64,000 nucleotides of DNA from Acidobacteriota bacterium (lineage in GTDB: Bacteria > Acidobacteriota > UBA4820 > DSQY01). Shown here piece by piece: positions 62,357 through 64,000 of the stretch (position 1 is the first letter of the stretch; each line of letters begins with the position of its first letter). The position numbers and the translations under genes are program-made. A model generated the notes under the pieces. That model searched no databases, was not told the origin of the DNA, and saw only the letters and a program-made list of their open reading frames with translations. Location of the stretch: contig JBMFSH010000001.1 of the NCBI GenBank assembly GCA_049967655.1, positions 32,001 through 96,000 of the forward strand, written 5' to 3'.

Positions 62357-64000
62357 GTGGGGTCCATCTTATCGATCTTCCTCAGACACCGCGGCAAGGT
62401 GGCCCTCGGAGTGGTCTGTCTGTTAATCACCGACGGGGCCCAGCTGACCATACCGCTCGTCGTCAAGAGGGTTATCGACGGATTGGCCGGGGGGAGTGCC
62501 ACGAGGGCGTGGCTCGGAGAGCAGGCCTTGGTTCTGTGCGCGCTGGCCTCCATCGTGGCGGCCTTCCGTTTCGCCTGGCGCCACTTTTTCTTCAGCACCG
62601 CTCGGTCGGCCGAGCTGGAACTGCGGAACCGGATCCTCGACCACGCGCTCTCCCTGAAGAGCCGCTTCTTCAACCAGACGCGCACGGGCGAGTTCATGGC
62701 CCTGGCCACCAACGACGTGGAATCCGTGCGCCAGGCCATCGCCATGGGATTCGTGGCGGGCTTCGACGGCTCCGTCTACGCGCTCGTCGGGATCGCCGCC
62801 ATGTTCTGGCTGGACCCCGTCCTCGCTCTCTTGACCATCCTGCCCCTGCCGCTCCTGGCTGTGCTGATGGGCCTCTCCCTCAAGGCGGTCTACAACCGGT
62901 GGGATGCCGTGCAGGCTGCCTTCGAGGGGCTCACCGAGAAGACCCGCGAGTCCGTCGCCGGCATCCGCGTCCTGCGGGCCTACGGCCGGGCGGCGGAGGA
63001 TTCGGCCGATTTCGAACGGGGAAACGAAGACTACTTTCAGAAGTACATGCGCTATGTCACCGTCGACGCCTTCTTCCACCCGGCGGTTCTGCTTCTCGCG
63101 GGGAGCAGCGTGGCGATACTTCTCGGCGCAGGCGGTCTGCGGGTGATGGAGGGGCAGACCTCCATCGGCTCGTTCGTGGCCTTCACCTCCTACCTGGGCA
63201 TGCTCACCTGGCCCATGATCGCGGCGGGGTGGATGCTGAGTCTGGTCCAGCGCGCCGCCGCCTCCATGGACCGCATCAACCATCTCCTGCAGATCCGGGA
63301 CACGGAGCAGCGAGGGGATCCTCGCCCATCCGGTCCCACCCCTCCGATCCGCGGCCGGGTGGAAGCAAGGAATCTGACCTTCTCTTTTCCGGACCAGGAG
63401 AGGGCGGCGCTCTCGGAAGTCAGCTTCCTCCTCGAACCGGGGGAGAGCCTGGGCGTCGTAGGGCAGGTGGGCGCGGGTAAGAGTGCCCTGGCTCAGCTCG
63501 TGTGCCGCCTGCACGACCCTCCCCCCGGCAGCCTGATGGTGGACGGAAAGGACGTGCTCGATCTCCCGCTGGAGACCCTGAGAAGGGCCGTGGCGTATGT
63601 CCCGCAGGAGGCCTTCCTCTTCAGCGACACCATCGCGGAGAACCTGCGCGTCGCCCGGCCCGGCGCCACCATCGAGGAGATGGAGCGGGTCTGCAAGCTG
63701 GCCTCGCTGCACGGCGAGATCCTCTCCTTCCCCAGGGGCTACGAAACCCTGCTGGGGGAGCGGGGGGTCACGCTCTCGGGCGGGCAGAAGCAGCGCCTCT
63801 GCCTGGCCAGGGCGCTGCTCAAGGAGGCCCCCATCCTGGTGTTGGACGATACCCTTTCGGCCGTGGATGCCGATGTGGAGCGCAGGATTCTCGCCGGGCT
63901 GAGGGGGGCCGTCCGGAACCGAACCCTCATCGTCATCAGCCATCGGGTCAGCGCGGTGCGAGACCTCATGCGCATCCTGTGCCTGGAAGACGGAAGGGTG
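62357..64000 (+). CDS. ABC exporter, fused permease/ATPase (partial, runs off the window; not in the ORF track)
   Basis: GTG start MGSILSIF..., TG..MA.ATND, GIRV, Walker A GQVGAGKS at 63461, LSGGQKQR, LVLDD, SHR. Confidence 0.92.
   Translation, partial: MGSILSIFLRHRGKVALGVVCLLITDGAQLTIPLVVKRVIDGLAGGSATRAWLGEQALVLCALASIVAAFRFAWRHFFFSTARSAELELRNRILDHALSLKSRFFNQTRTGEFMALATNDVESVRQAIAMGFVAGFDGSVYALVGIAAMFWLDPVLALLTILPLPLLAVLMGLSLKAVYNRWDAVQAAFEGLTEKTRESVAGIRVLRAYGRAAEDSADFERGNEDYFQKYMRYVTVDAFFHPAVLLLAGSSVAILLGAGGLRVMEGQTSIGSFVAFTSYLGMLTWPMIAAGWMLSLVQRAAASMDRINHLLQIRDTEQRGDPRPSGPTPPIRGRVEARNLTFSFPDQERAALSEVSFLLEPGESLGVVGQVGAGKSALAQLVCRLHDPPPGSLMVDGKDVLDLPLETLRRAVAYVPQEAFLFSDTIAENLRVARPGATIEEMERVCKLASLHGEILSFPRGYETLLGERGVTLSGGQKQRLCLARALLKEAPILVLDDTLSAVDADVERRILAGLRGAVRNRTLIVISHRVSAVRDLMRILCLEDGRV

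Overview
GC-rich bacterial chromosomal window, probably Acidobacteriota (inferred from gene content and order, not verified). It is mostly housekeeping: acpP-fabF, etfBA, anmK, a FakA-FakB (DAK2-DegV) fusion with plsY, uvrC, rplM-rpsI-rpsB-tsf-pyrH-frr-ispD-ispF, maf, xseA, sfsA, lepB and thiL. Accessory content comprises a sigma54/c-di-GMP signalling cluster with two near-consensus -24/-12 promoters, a second NtrC-type regulator coupled to a ChpT-like kinase-derived protein, an S55 peptidase/beta-propeller pair and a T2SS/type IV pilus hybrid operon (F-E-M-N-O-P-Q-G-G-K) behind an ECF sigma cassette. The main oddities are an M1 aminopeptidase with two in-frame amber codons and an HEXXH-to-HEXXR change, a perfect 74-bp duplication around a 144-bp hairpin insert at the pilB/pilM junction that keeps the ATGA coupling, a MITE-like element after sfsA, an AbrB-like/DUF4388 fusion, a 9-Cys domain fused to a receiver, and intergenic 7/8-nt repeat mosaics. 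No rRNA, tRNA, CRISPR array, transposase or integrase was recognised. All calls come from reading motifs by eye; no database searches were run.
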